From Macrostomum lignano (Eukaryota): a stretch of 64,000 nt of DNA. Below the pieces are notes generated by a model, which made no database searches, had not been told where the DNA came from, and saw nothing but the letters and a program-made list of their open reading frames with translations. Positions 50,101-61,329 of the stretch are shown in pieces. A program made the translations under genes and the position numbers. The DNA is taken from contig NIVC01001748.1 of the NCBI GenBank assembly GCA_002269645.1, positions 178,787 to 242,786 on the forward strand, read 5' to 3'. Position 1 is the first letter of the stretch; each line of letters opens with the position of its first letter.

Positions 50101-52937
50101 GGTGCGCATACCTGAGCGTTTAGGGCAATGTTTTTGTTGTATTAGGTGTGTCAGAGGTGCGACTCGTGCATGCCTAATAACTGTTGGATTAGGTGTGCCA
50201 GATGTGACTCATGTCTGCCTAATGACTGTTGGATTAGGTGTGTCAGAGGTGTGACTCGTGCATGCCTAATGACTGTTGGATTAGGTGTGTCAGAAGTGTG
50301 ACTCGTGTCTGCCTAATGACTGTTGGATTAGGTGTGCCAGATGTGACTCATGTCTGCCTAATGACTGTTGGATTAGGTGTGCCAGATGTGACTCATGTCT
50401 GCCTAATGACTCTGTTGTATTAGATGTGTCAGATGTGACTCATGTTTGCTAATGACTGTTGGATTAGGTGTGTCAGATGTGACTCATGTTTGCTAATGAC
50501 TGTTGGATTAGGTGTGTTAGATGTGACTCATGTTTGCTAATGACTGTTGGATTAGGTGTGTCAGATGTGACTCATGTTTGCTAATGACTGTTGTATTAGG
50601 TGTGTCAGATGTGACTCATGTTTGCTAATGACTGTTGGATTAGGTGTGTCAGAGGTGTGACTCATGTTTGCTAATGACTGTTGGATTAGGTGTGTTAGAT
50701 GTGACTCATGTTTGCTAATGACTGTTGGATTAGGTGTGTCAGATGTGACTCATGTTTGCTAATGACTGTTGTATTAGGTGTGTCAGATGTGACTCATGTT
50801 TGCTAATGACTGTTGGATTAGGTGTGTCAGAGGTGTGACTCATGTTTGCTAATGACTGTTGGATTAGGTGTGTCAGAGGTGTGACCCATGTCTGCCTAAT
50901 GACTGTTGGATTAGGTGTGTCAGATGTGACTCATGTTTGCTAATGACTGTTGTATTAGGTGTGTCATATGTGACTCATGTTTGCTAATAACTTGCTACAG
51001 CTGTATCTAATGTTATATTCATCCGAGTTGGCAGCAGTTTTATGGAGATTTCGAACTTGGCAATCTGGCAAATCAAGACTCGCTTCATCAAGCGCACCCA
51101 AGAACTTGTTATTTGCAGTTAGTTGAATCTTACTGATGAGGAATAAATACAACAATCAGCAGGGCTCCGCCCTTCAGAATCGCTAAGCTGGGAATAATCT
51201 GGCGCACAATTGGAGATTAGGGATTCGAATTGATGCTGAAGAGCAGGATTCGAGTGAAGTCAAGCGGAAAAAAGAAACTCTGACTGTTTCTAAATGCCGG
51301 ATTGCAGAGTGCTAGGGATAGACGCCGACAAGGGAAAGAGACTTGTTCTGCCTCGAGGGCATTTGGCTCACACAGAAAGTTTTCCAAATCCCTATATCTG
51401 AGTCTGAGTCTGGCCTAGTTGAGAATTAGCAGAATTACAAAGAGCCGACACTGGAGAGACGTGCATAAATACAGAGTCTTGGAGTGGAGTATGGCAAAGT
51501 TTTACTCCATTTATTGCATAAAGCCGTTCTGAACTCGCGAGCCGAAACGTAGAACTTACAAGAAGTGCTTCTATATCTAAGGGTCAGAGGTGTCAGGATC
51601 TGGGTCCCAAAAGTGACAGGATCCGAGAGTGAAAAGTGTCAGGATCCGAGGGTCCGAGGTGTCAGGATCCGAGAGTCAAAAGTGTCAGAATCCGAGGGTC
51701 AGAAGTGTCAGGATACTAGGGTCACAGGGTCAGGATCCGAGGGTCAGAAGTGTCAGGATCCGAGGGTCAGAAGTGTCAGAATCCGAGGGTCAGAAGTGTC
51801 AGGATCCGAAGGTCAGAAGTGTCAGGATCCGAAGGTCAGAAGTGTCAGGATCCGAAGGTCAGAAATGTCAGAATCCGAGGGTCAGAAGTGTCAGGATCCG
51901 AGGGTCAGAAGTGTCAGGATCCGAGGGTCAGAAGTGTCAGGATCCGAGGGTCAGAAGTGTCAGGATACGAGTCCCAAAAGTGTCAGGATCCGAGGGTAAA
52001 AAGTGTCAGGATCCGAGGGTCAGAAGTGTCAGGATCCGAGTCCCAAAGTGTCAGGATCCGAGTCCCAAAGTGTCAGGATCCGAGGGTAAAAAGTGTCAGG
52101 ATCCGAGGGTCAGAAGTGTCAGGATCCGAGGGTCAGAAGTGTCAGGATCCGAGGGTCAGAAGTGTCAGGATACGAGTCCCAAAAGTGTCAGGATCCGAGG
52201 GTAAAAAGTGTCAGGATCCGAGGGTCAGAAGTGTCAGGATCCGAGTCCCAAAGTGTCAGGATCCGAGTCCCAAAGTGTCAGGATACTAGGGTCAGAAGTG
52301 TCAGGATCCGAGGGTCAGAAGTGTCAGGATTCGAGTCCTAGAAGTGTCAGGATACTAGGGTCACAGGTGTCAGGATCCGAGGGTCAGAAGTGTCAGGATC
52401 CGAGTGTCAGAAGTGTCAGGATCCGAGTCCCAAAAGTGTCAGGATCCGAGGGTAAAAAGTGTCAGGATCCGAGGGTCAGAAGTGTCAGGATTCAAGGGTC
52501 AGAAGTGTTAGGATCCGAGGGTCAGAAGTGTCAGGATCCGAGTCCCAAAGTGTCAGGATCCGAGGGTCAGAAGTGTCAGGATACTAGGGTCACAGGGTCA
52601 GGATCCGAGGGTCAGAAGTGTCAGGATCCGAGGGTCAGAAGTGTCAGGATCCGAGGGTAAATCATAGTATCTAAAACTTACCCCGTCGAGTCAGAACATG
52701 GTCCGGCGACATGTAGGAGCTGTCTTCCAGGCTTGACTGCAAATGTAAATATGGATTATAGATATAAATTAACAGATGACGACATGTAATCATAACCAAC
52801 GATGATTAAAAAATTAACCTGATTATCCAAGCTATGCACGGACAAGCCTAAACCAAGTTGTTCCAATTGCTGTTGCTGCTGCTGCTGCTGCTGCTGTTGC
52901 TGCTGCAGTTGCTGCTGCTGCTGATGTATCTGCTGCT

Positions 52938-52971
<34 letters not shown>

Positions 52972-55900
52972 CAGTTCGTGTCTTCCACGGGCGGCCAGAG
53001 CGGCCGTGGCAACAGCGGCAGTCTGGTAGCCGCGGCAGCCGTGAGGATCAGGGTGCCCGTACAATGACCCGTAGCCCACGGCATTGGCGCTGGCAAATTG
53101 TTGCCAGGGATCGTGAAATTCAGCCGGCACCACCGAGTGCTGATGCGGCTGGTGCGAGTGATGATGCGGATAGGGCGGCGGGAAATAGGGAGGCTGGAAA
53201 TCCGTTGGCGGAGGCTGTTGTTGTTGCTGCTGCTGCTGCTGGGTTGGGTTCTGCTGCGGAACCGTGGCAGCAGCTGCAGCCGCCGCTGCCGCCGCCGCTG
53301 CAGCGGACGCTGAGGCATGATGATGGCCGGACGCTGTCGAGGTTTGAGCGCCAAACGGCGGCACCGGGGTGGCCAGACCGAGAGTGTGCAGCTCGCCGCT
53401 GCGACGGTCCTGCGTGTGACGTTGTTGAAGTGGAGATGTGTTGTTAAGCTGGAAGAAAAAGTGCCGGATGATGATGAGGCAGATGTTTGACTTCCGGATC
53501 GAGATTCTGAAGATTGAAAGCTCAAAGGGCCTGTCACCTTATGCTCATAGGGTGGAGCCCGAGTAACCCATGTACACAAATGATACGTCACTCTGCTCAC
53601 AGTGACACCAGGAAGCTGGATTTGGCAAAAAGTGACAAAAATGGACCTAGGAAAGGAGAGAACAAGCAAGAGGATAAGTAGAGATTCCACCTTATGAGCT
53701 TAAGTTAACATAATAGTCCCTAGTTATCCTCTTGCTTGTTCTCTCCTATCCCAGGTTTGTATAATATCAAAGCCCAATGGATTCAATTGTCTAATATTGT
53801 CAAACAATAGATATGCCATGACCGCTAAAGGGCACACAATACTTTAATAGATCCTCTCTCCCTTTCTATCTCACAATTACAAAATAGTCCCAATCGGCTT
53901 GCTGACAGGCTGATGGCAGTCTCCTCTGATCGGTCAGAACGGGCAGCATGCGGTTGCTGTTACAGACGATGCTCTCGAGCAACAACTCCACGTGCACACC
54001 GAGGTTTGAGCAAATTTACTTTTGCCGAGCTGGACTATAGGTCAACGAATATCCAATCGGGTACAGGTGAAAAAATAATGATTGGGTAGGGGCTGGGGGC
54101 ATTTTGAGACATCTGCCGGCTGTTCCTGGATGTTGCTGCATTATGGCGATGTCCATCTTTGTAAGGTTGGATAAGGGAGGATAAGGAGGGGCGGTTCGAG
54201 AATGGGCGGATTGGGGGAGGGGCGGATCTGGGAGGGGCGGATCTGGGAGGGGCGAATCTGGGAGAGGCGGATCTGGGAGGGGCGAATCTGGGAGGGGCGG
54301 ATCTGGGAGGGGCGGATCTGGGAGGGGCGGATCTGGGAGGGGCGGATCTGGGAGGGGCGGATCTGGGAGGGGCGGATCTGGGAGGGGCGGATCTGGGAGG
54401 GGCGGATCTGGGAGGGGCGGATCTGGGAGGGGCGGATCTGGGAGGGGCGGATCTGGGAGGGGCGGATCTGGGAGGGGCGGATCTGGGAGGGGCGGATCTG
54501 GGAGGGGCGGATCTTGGAGGGGCGGATCTGGGAGGGGCGGATCTGGGAGGGGCGGATCTGGGAGGGGCGGATCTGGGAGGGGCGGATCTGGGAGGGGCGG
54601 ATCTGGGAGGGGCAGATCTGGGAGGGGCGGATCTGGGAGGGGCGGATCTGGGAGGGGCGGATCTGGGAGGGGCGGATCTGGGAGGGGCAGATCTGGGAGG
54701 GGCAGATCTGGGAGGGGCGGATCTGGGAGGGGCGGATCTGGGAGGGGCAGTTCTATCAGGGGCGGATTGGGGGAGGAGCGGATCTGGGAATGGCGGATCG
54801 GAGAGGGGCGGATCAGGTAGGGGAGGACCGGAGAGGGGCGGATCGGAGAGGGGCGGATCGGAGAGGGGCGGATCGGAGAGGGGCGGATCGGAGAGGGGCG
54901 GATCGGAGAGGGGTGAATCGGAGAGGGATAGGAGAGGGGTAGACCAAGGAGGATGGACCAGGGAGAATCCGGTAGGGGCGGATGATAAAGGAAGAGTTTG
55001 GTGGCGGACAAGGTTGAGCCAAGGAATAAGAGGCTGGGGTTTTTTAGTTTTCTAAGAAACTGCGGCTGGAGCAACATCTTTAATCCTACAGAGAAAAATT
55101 TGCTTGGTCACCCGCTGCCGCTGCGACTCCCCGTCGCTCTCTCATTGGGGGCCGAGCCATGCAGCACCGCTCTGTCTCTGCCCAACAGCGCATGGGAGTT
55201 ATGCGTGCACAGGGACAGCGAATATATCGATCAGAACAATAATTAACAATAATTAATGGTCTTAAATAAATCAACAATTACCTTTTCACCGTAGTAGTGC
55301 TTGTAGAATCCGGAACCCTGCGAATTTAATGAGGGCAATTATGGTTTATTAAATATGATTGGTTCGATTGAAGTATCAGATATGAATAATGCAGAATGTG
55401 TTGGAGTGATGTTGTTCTGTTTGAGTGATGTTGTTCTGTTTGAGTGATGTTGTTCTGTTTGAGTGATGGCTGTTCTGTTTGAGTGATGCTGTTCTGTTTG
55501 AGTGATGTTGTTCTGTTTGAGTGATGGCTGTTCTGTTTGAGTGATGTTGTTCTGTTTGAGTGATGTTGTTCTGTTTGAGTGATGCTGTTCTGTTTGAGTG
55601 ATGTTGTTCTGTTTGAGTGATGGCTGTTCTGTTTGAGTGATGCTGTTCTGTTTGAGTGATGTTGTTCTGTTTGAGTGATGGCTGTTCTGTTTGAGTGATG
55701 CTGTTCTGTTTGAGTGATGCTGTTCTGTTTGAGTGATGTTGTTCTGTTTGAGTGATGGCTGTTCTGTTTGAGTGATGCTGTTCTGTTTGAGTGATGCTGT
55801 TCTGTTTGAGTGATGTTGTTCTGTTTGAGTGATGCTGTTCTGTTTGAGTGATGTTGTTCTGTTTGAGTGATGTTGTTCTGTTTGAGTGATGGCTGTTCTG

Positions 55901-58527
55901 TTTGAGTGATGGCTGTTCTGTTTGAGTGATGGCTGTTTTGTTTGAGTGATGTTGTTCTGTTTGAGTGATGGCTGTTCTGTTTGAGTGATGGCTGTTCTGT
56001 TTGAGTGATGGCTGTTCTGTTTGAGTGATGGCTGTTCTGTTTGAGTGATGGCTGTTCTGTTTGAGTGATGTTGTTCTGTTTGAGTGATGTTGTTCTGTTT
56101 GAGTGATGGCTGTTCTGTTTGAGTGATGGCTGTTCTGTTTGAGTGATGTTGTTCTGTTTGAGTGATGTTGTTCTGTTTGAGTGATGGCTGTTCTGTTTGA
56201 GTGATGCTGTTCTGTTTGAGTGATGTTGTTCTGTTTGAGTGATGTTGTTCTGTTTGAGTGATGGCTGTTCTGTTTGAGTGATGGCTGTTCTGTTTGAGTG
56301 ATGTTGTTCTGTTTGAGTGATGGCTGTTCTGTTTGAGTGATGGCTGTTCTGTTTGAGTGATGGCTGTTCTGTTTGAGTGATGGCTGTTCTGTTTGAGTGA
56401 TGTTGTTCTGTTTGAGTGATGTTGTTCTGTTTGAGTGATGTTGTTCTGTTTGAGTGATGCTGTTCTGTTTGAGTGATGTTGTTCTGTTTGAGTGATGTTG
56501 TTCTGTTTGAGTGATGGCTGTTCTGTTTGAGTGATGGCTGTTCTGTTTGAGTGATGGCTGTTCTGTTTGAGTGATGTTGTTCTGTTTGAGTGATGTTGTT
56601 CTGTTTGAGTGATGTTGTTCTGTTTGAGTGATGTTGTTCTGTTTGAGTGATGGCTGTTCTGTTTGAGTGATGGCTGTTCTGTTTGAGTGATGTTGTTCTG
56701 TTTGAGTGATGGCTGTTCTGTTTGAGTGATGGCTGTTCTGTTTGAGTGATGGCTGTTCTGTTTGAGTGATGGCTGTTCTGTTTGAGTGATGTTGTTCTGT
56801 TTGAGTGATGTTGTTCTGTTTGAGTGATGTTGTTCTGTTTGAGTGATGTTGTTCTGTTTGAGTGATGTTGTTGATGTTCTGTTTGAGTGATGTTGTTCTG
56901 TTTGAGTGATGCTGTTCTGTTTGAGTGATGCTGTTCTGTTTGAGTGATGTTGTTCTGTTTGAGTGATTGCTGTTTTGTTTGAGTGATGTTGTTCTGTTTG
57001 AGTGATGCTGTTCTGTTTGAGTGATGCTGTTTTGTTTGAGTGATGCTGTTTTGTTTGAGTGATGTTGTTCTGTTTGAGTGATGTTGTTCTGTTTGAGTGA
57101 TGTTGTTGATGTTCTGTTTGAGTGATGTTGTTCTGTTTGAGTGATGCTGTTCTGTTTGAGTGATGCTGTTCTGTTTGAGTGATGTTGTTCTGTTTGAGTG
57201 ATTGCTGTTTTGTTTGAGTGATGTTGTTCTGTTTGAGTGATGCTGTTCTGTTTGAGTGATGCTGTTCTGTTTGAGTGATGCTGTTCTGTTTGAGTGATGT
57301 TGTTCTGTTTGAGTGATTGCTGTTTTGTTTGAGTGATGTTGTTCTGTTTGAGTGATGCTGTTCTGTTTGAGTGATGCTGTTCTGTTTGAGTGATGCTGTT
57401 CTGTTTGAGTGATGTTCTGTTTGAGTGATGTTGTTCTGTTTGAGTGATGTTGTTCTGTTTGAGTGATGCTGTTCTGTTTGAGTGATGTTGTTCTGTTTGA
57501 GTGATGCTGTTCTGTTGGAGTGATGCTGTTCTGTTTGAGTGATGTTGTTCTGTTTGAGTGATGTTGTTCTGTTTGAGTGATGTTGTTCTGTTTGAGTGGT
57601 GTTGTTCTGTTTGAGTGATGTTGTTCTGTTTGAGTGATGTTGTTCTGTTTGAGTGATTGCTGTTCTGTTTGAGTGATGTTGTTCTGTTTGAGTGATTGCT
57701 GTTCTGCTTGAGTGATAGCTGTTCTGTTTGCGTGATGCTATTTTGTTTGAGTGAGTGATGGTGCTCTGTTTGAGTGATGATGCTTTTTTTAAATGAAGGG
57801 GCCCTATTTTTACTAATGGTCACTATAACTGACGTCCCGTTGGTCCCCAACACACGCACGCAATGGTGACCTATTAAAAAGGATGCCTCATTTAGATATC
57901 AAATTTCTATCCCGCAGCTCTAATACTTGGCGTTCACTGTATGTAGCAATAAGCATATATTTATGAGAATATATACAATATTTTCAAGGCGTCTTATCCG
58001 ATATCTGTGTAAACCAGTGCCTTAGTTCATTGGTTATTCAATCGTGTTTGATCGCACGCAGTGGGGGATGTGGTTGATGGTGAGGCTGCGGCGGCTGCTG
58101 AGAGATATCTCAATGCCCCCTCCCTTGTAATTATCCACCTGTCCAGCAAAATAAACAAAGCGTCGACCCGAGGGAGGCTGCATGCGGCATCAAGCATTGG
58201 GGAGCTAATATTCGTGTATCATAATTTTCTATAGAACCAAACAGCACGGTATAGTGTTAATAATAATACAGACAGGCAAAGTGTCAATTAACTTAATTTT
58301 GTATTCGGGGTTAAGATAGATAGTTAAAACCCTTCTACGGATATGACTATGAGAAGCAAGCACAGTAAAAAATCGCATAGGCCCAACAAGAGTCACAATA
58401 TATAGTTGGCCACCAACCCGAGAAACTTCCATTGAATCCATCCCCTGATATTTTGATAATTAGACAAAATAATTTTTAACAACACCCTTACCTGCCAGCC
58501 GTTAGAGTCAATAGCCAGAAAGGACAT
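40842..58527 (-). CDS. TFAP2: Transcription factor AP-2; join(complement 58492-58527, 52819-53409, 52682-52736, 49743-50111, 46515-46659, 40842-41142), 498 aa
   Basis: Phases match across all junctions (0,0,1,1,2), 1497 nt total. PY motif [11 protein letters not shown]; basic/HSH domain [53 protein letters not shown]; EAVRLARDF; [13 protein letters not shown]. Confidence 0.95.
41205..42110. repeat. Degenerate AATGGCGCCCC repeat (41205-41400) followed by 17-bp (GAGACAGGAGAGAGAGG)n
   Basis: Tandem units adjacent to the AP-2 exon 6 acceptor. Confidence 0.93.
42330..42770. repeat. 18-bp minisatellite (GATAGCAAGCATCCCCCA)n
   Basis: Tandem units; explains the DSKHPP ORF. Confidence 0.95.
42870..45830. 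repeat. 23-bp minisatellite (TTTAATGTTTGACATGGTGGCTC)n, ~3 kb
   Basis: Tandem units; variant block near 42980-43330 recurs near 44540-44900. Confidence 0.97.
45878..45940 (-). mobile_element. Degenerate tRNA-derived (SINE-head-like) fragment
   Basis: Minus-strand GGTTCGAATC B-box (45885-45894) about 32 nt after A-box-like TAGCCGGATG (45927-45936); no full cloverleaf. Confidence 0.45.
46515..46659 (-). CDS. TFAP2: AP-2 exon 5 (HSH helix 1), not in the ORF track
   Basis: Acceptor CACATACAG|, donor AA|GTAAGT; [28 protein letters not shown]...RKSSIVAAK. Confidence 0.94.
46742..48650. repeat. 23-bp minisatellite (GGCGCCAACTTAGAGTGTCATGT)n
   Basis: Tandem units with a ~570-bp higher-order duplication (47552 vs 48121). 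Confidence 0.97.
49365..49668. repeat. 23-bp minisatellite (GTCCCGAGATCCCGTCCCGACTT)n
   Basis: About 13 units, ~75 bp from the exon 4 donor. Confidence 0.96.
49743..50111 (-). CDS. TFAP2: AP-2 exon 4 (basic DNA-binding region)
   Basis: Acceptor ACGCTCAG|GT ATG; donor GAA G|GTGAGT; [24 protein letters not shown]...LLTSLVEG. Confidence 0.96.
50135..50995. repeat. 44-bp minisatellite (GATGTGACTCATGTTTGCTAATGACTGTTGGATTAGGTGTGTCA)n
   Basis: Tandem units starting ~25 bp from the exon 4 acceptor; TGACTCA (AP-1 consensus) in most units. Confidence 0.96.
51575..52660. repeat. 23-bp minisatellite (GGGTCAGAAGTGTCAGGATCCGA)n
   Basis: Tandem units ending ~20 bp from the exon 3 donor. Confidence 0.96.
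52682..52736 (-). CDS. TFAP2: AP-2 exon 3 (55-nt mini-exon [19 protein letters not shown]), not in the ORF track
   Basis: Acceptor ATTTGCAG|, donor G|GTAAGT. Needed to convert phase 0 to phase 1; parallels the small vertebrate exon ending PDQTVIKKG. Confidence 0.88.
52819..53409 (-). CDS. TFAP2: AP-2 exon 2 (Gln/Ala-rich activation region, PY motif); alternative in-frame acceptor 39 nt upstream (exon start 53448)
   Basis: Begins DRRSG after ACACGCAG|, or LNNTSP after TTTTTCTTCCAG|; donor CAG|GTTAAT; encodes poly-Q and poly-A tracts. Confidence 0.88.
54213..54930. repeat. 15-bp G-rich minisatellites (GGCGGATCTGGGAGG)n and (GGCGGATCGGAGAGG)n
   Basis: Tandem units; explain the PDPPL/EGRIW ORFs; G-quadruplex-prone. 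Confidence 0.97.
55282..55317 (-). CDS. Possible 36-nt cassette/alternative exon of AP-2 ([12 protein letters not shown])
   Basis: Flanked by TTCGCAG| and AAG|GTAATT, phase 0/0, open frame. No homology recognised and no in-frame ATG before an upstream TAA. Confidence 0.3.
55400..57780. repeat. 19/20-bp minisatellite (TGTTCTGTTTGAGTGA-TGT/TGC/TGGC)n, ~2.4 kb
   Basis: Three interspersed unit variants; explains ORF 55376-57859. Confidence 0.98.
58492..58527 (-). CDS. TFAP2: AP-2 first coding exon [12 protein letters not shown]
   Basis: ATG 58527 to CAG|GTAAGG donor, 36 nt, phase 0, downstream of a GC-rich promoter-like region. Resembles vertebrate AP-2alpha isoform 1c MSILAKMGDWQ (recalled). 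Confidence 0.75.
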
Positions 58528-58559
58528 TTCTTTATATTTTTAATAACTATTATAAGCCT

Positions 58560-59350
58560 ATAAGTTAAGAATGGCCGAGTGGAGGGAGGGGCACACAAAG
58601 GGCCGCAAATAAGTGCCGAGAGAGGAAAAGGGCCCAGAGGCAGATAGGAACGGAGAGAGAGAGACAGGCAGGCTGGGTAAGTCCAGCTGAATTGTCTATG
58701 GCCCGAGGACTGATACAGGGGAAGAGGGCGCCGGCTGCAGCTGAGGGGATAGAGAGAATGGCAGCGAGAGCGACGCGGCGGGCCTTCGGGCTAAGGTGGA
58801 GCTTTCGGCTCTGAGGAGCGACACACAGAGAGACAGACACACACAGAGGGCCTAAATTGAGGATCTCCGGTTCCTAACTCGCCCGCCGCCTCTTTTCCGT
58901 CTCTTGTTGCTTCTGGGGATGTCGGGGCGGGGGGGGCGACGGACGGCGGCGGTGGGAGGTGAAGCCGGAGGCTGCAAGTTGGTTGGCTGGTCGGCTGCTG
59001 CTACTGCCGCTGCTTCAGGCAGGCTGCGAATCTCCCAGACCCATGCAAAGCCCCTCTGAAAATTGCGTATAGCGCACCCCACCCCCGGCTAGCTTGAGGG
59101 CTCCAACCAAGTCTTTCTCAGACGATGGAACAGAGACAGACTGACAGACTGAGCGGGGAAGAGAAGCAGATCAGGCGGACGGGCGGAACCCTCCGGGAAC
59201 CTATAAGATTCGACCCAGACTCCCCCGCTTCATCCTTGGACCCCTGGCCGACCAACCCCTAGCCACCCCGAAGCGAAATTACCCTCCATTTTCTGTTCCC
59301 GCTTCCCAATACCAATATGACAGGAAAGTAATGGAGTCCCTATAGGGCAC
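58560..59350 (-). promoter_or_regulatory. GC/CpG-rich putative AP-2 promoter/5'UTR with AP-2 consensus sites
   Basis: GC-rich island directly upstream of exon 1; GCCN3GGC at 58964-58972, GCCN4GGC at 58632-58641 and 58782-58791. Confidence 0.45.
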
Positions 59351-60377
59351 TGGGCCTGAGGTGGGATCTGGAGTGGAGCTAAACTTATAAGCTCAAGACT
59401 CAGAAGCAGGAATAGATGCTGTTGTCAGCTTCAGTTATAATCAAGTATTCAAATCTTCTACAGTCTAGCCCTAGAAATGACAGAATTTAAAATTAGAAAT
59501 ATTTGTAATAAATAATAACTATTGCTGTTTGAAATGAAAACATGCTTAGTATTCAAGGACTTCCATGACCATAGTAGTAACGATAATTATGATATTAGGC
59601 GTTTGGTTTGGAGCAAACCACGAAAAATATTCGTAGCCTAACTGTAAATCTTCAAGAATGCTTTCTAGTCCAGATGTTTCTTATCTAGAAGTCCTTGGTC
59701 GAATGGAAAATGTTATAAGGCAACTAACTCCCTATTGAACTTCGCTTTTTTTCTTCCCCAAAGTCTCCTGTATACAGTGTGTAAGCGCAGACTCTATACT
59801 GAGCTCCATCATGGGAATTGAATTTTCTCCTCTGCTGCAGCGGATTATTCCTCATTCCCCAGCCCTTAATTTTCCCAGCGGCGGGCTTAGCTTATAGCCT
59901 CGGGCAAGTCATGATGGAAGTGAAAGTCTAAGGCTGTAAGCAATTATATTAATATTATATCGTCTAAATTACATTTGCCTCCGTCGCAACCTGCCCTTGT
60001 CCCAGCCCCTGTCCACCCGCGCCCGTCTTGTCCTCCGCCCAACGCTGAGAAGTTTTCCCCCGTTTGGCTGCAGAAATATTTGCGCTGCAGTGCTGTGGAA
60101 GCAGCTTATTTATACTGTGCAGCACGGGAGCAGGCCCAGGGCTACCTGTGCAGTTGCCATGCGCGAAGCTGAATTGACCGCGCAGGCGGGGGGCCCCTTA
60201 GGGTATAAAAATGAATTTGTATATATGTTAAATGGATGTGAATACACTGACATTGGACACCGGCTATACAGCTAATTGAAATCTTCTGCTTTTAAGAAAT
60301 TCCGACAGTAATGTAAAACTTGTTACCGACCATGTTGCACCTGAGCCTGAGGCATCTTCCTTTCTTTGTATTTCAGA

Positions 60378-60678
<301 letters not shown>

Positions 60679-61329
60679 GATGGCAATTCTGACTGGCATC
60701 CGTGACCAAAGCAGACACCACAGAGAATCAGGAAGCGCTGCTTCTGTTTTGCTTGAGAACAAAGCGGATGCAAGCAGAAAAGAAGCAGATCAATTCACAG
60801 TCGAAGGCAGCAGGTGGCCGTAGCTGCTGCCTGCAAGAGAGTTCCGGGCTCGAATCCGGGTCACGCTATTCCGGCAGCAATTATCAGCCGCTTCATTCAT
60901 TTGTTTGCTGTGCCACGCCGTTCGGGATTGCTTAGTCAAATAGCCAAAAGAAGCAGATCTGCTTCGGAACAATTTTTGCTTCTTGTGCTGTATCATTTCG
61001 AATGCCATTTCAGTCAGGCATCGTCAGCAATTCGCCCTCCTCAATCCACTGCCTGGGGGCTCTCTTCTCAGCATGTGCATATTTAGGTAGCCAAGTATAG
61101 ATATAGACTATATGGTAGAAACAAATGACAAAGAGTTCTCTATGCTGAATTGGCTTTGAATCATGAATTTCTCAGTGCCTTTCTGATATTCATCCTTTGT
61201 GACTTGAGTTTGCGGCAATTAGATGATAGACTGATAGATGCTTAAAGCAAGCCTCCATTAGAACATTTTAGACAGAATTTGCTCTGAATATTTAATCATA
61301 CTCTCATCTCGCGCCTTTCATCTCATCTC

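Noticed and set aside
38283-51140. CTGATGA motifs (near 38283 and 51138) as hammerhead ribozyme cores
   Set aside because: No stem II followed by GAAA and no flanking helices.
52848-53690. 280-aa alternative-frame ORF as the AP-2 N-terminus
   Set aside because: Wrong frame relative to the PY-motif exon, non-ATG start, poly-Ser shadow of CAG repeats.
54016-57859. 353-aa PDPPL, 246-aa EGRIW and 827-aa TQTEQ ORFs
   Set aside because: Satellite translations within AP-2 intron 1.
60805-60870. GGCAGCAG/CTGCTGCC hairpin plus GGCTCGAATCC B-box-like motif
   Set aside because: Too degenerate to call a tRNA or SINE; no tail or TSD.
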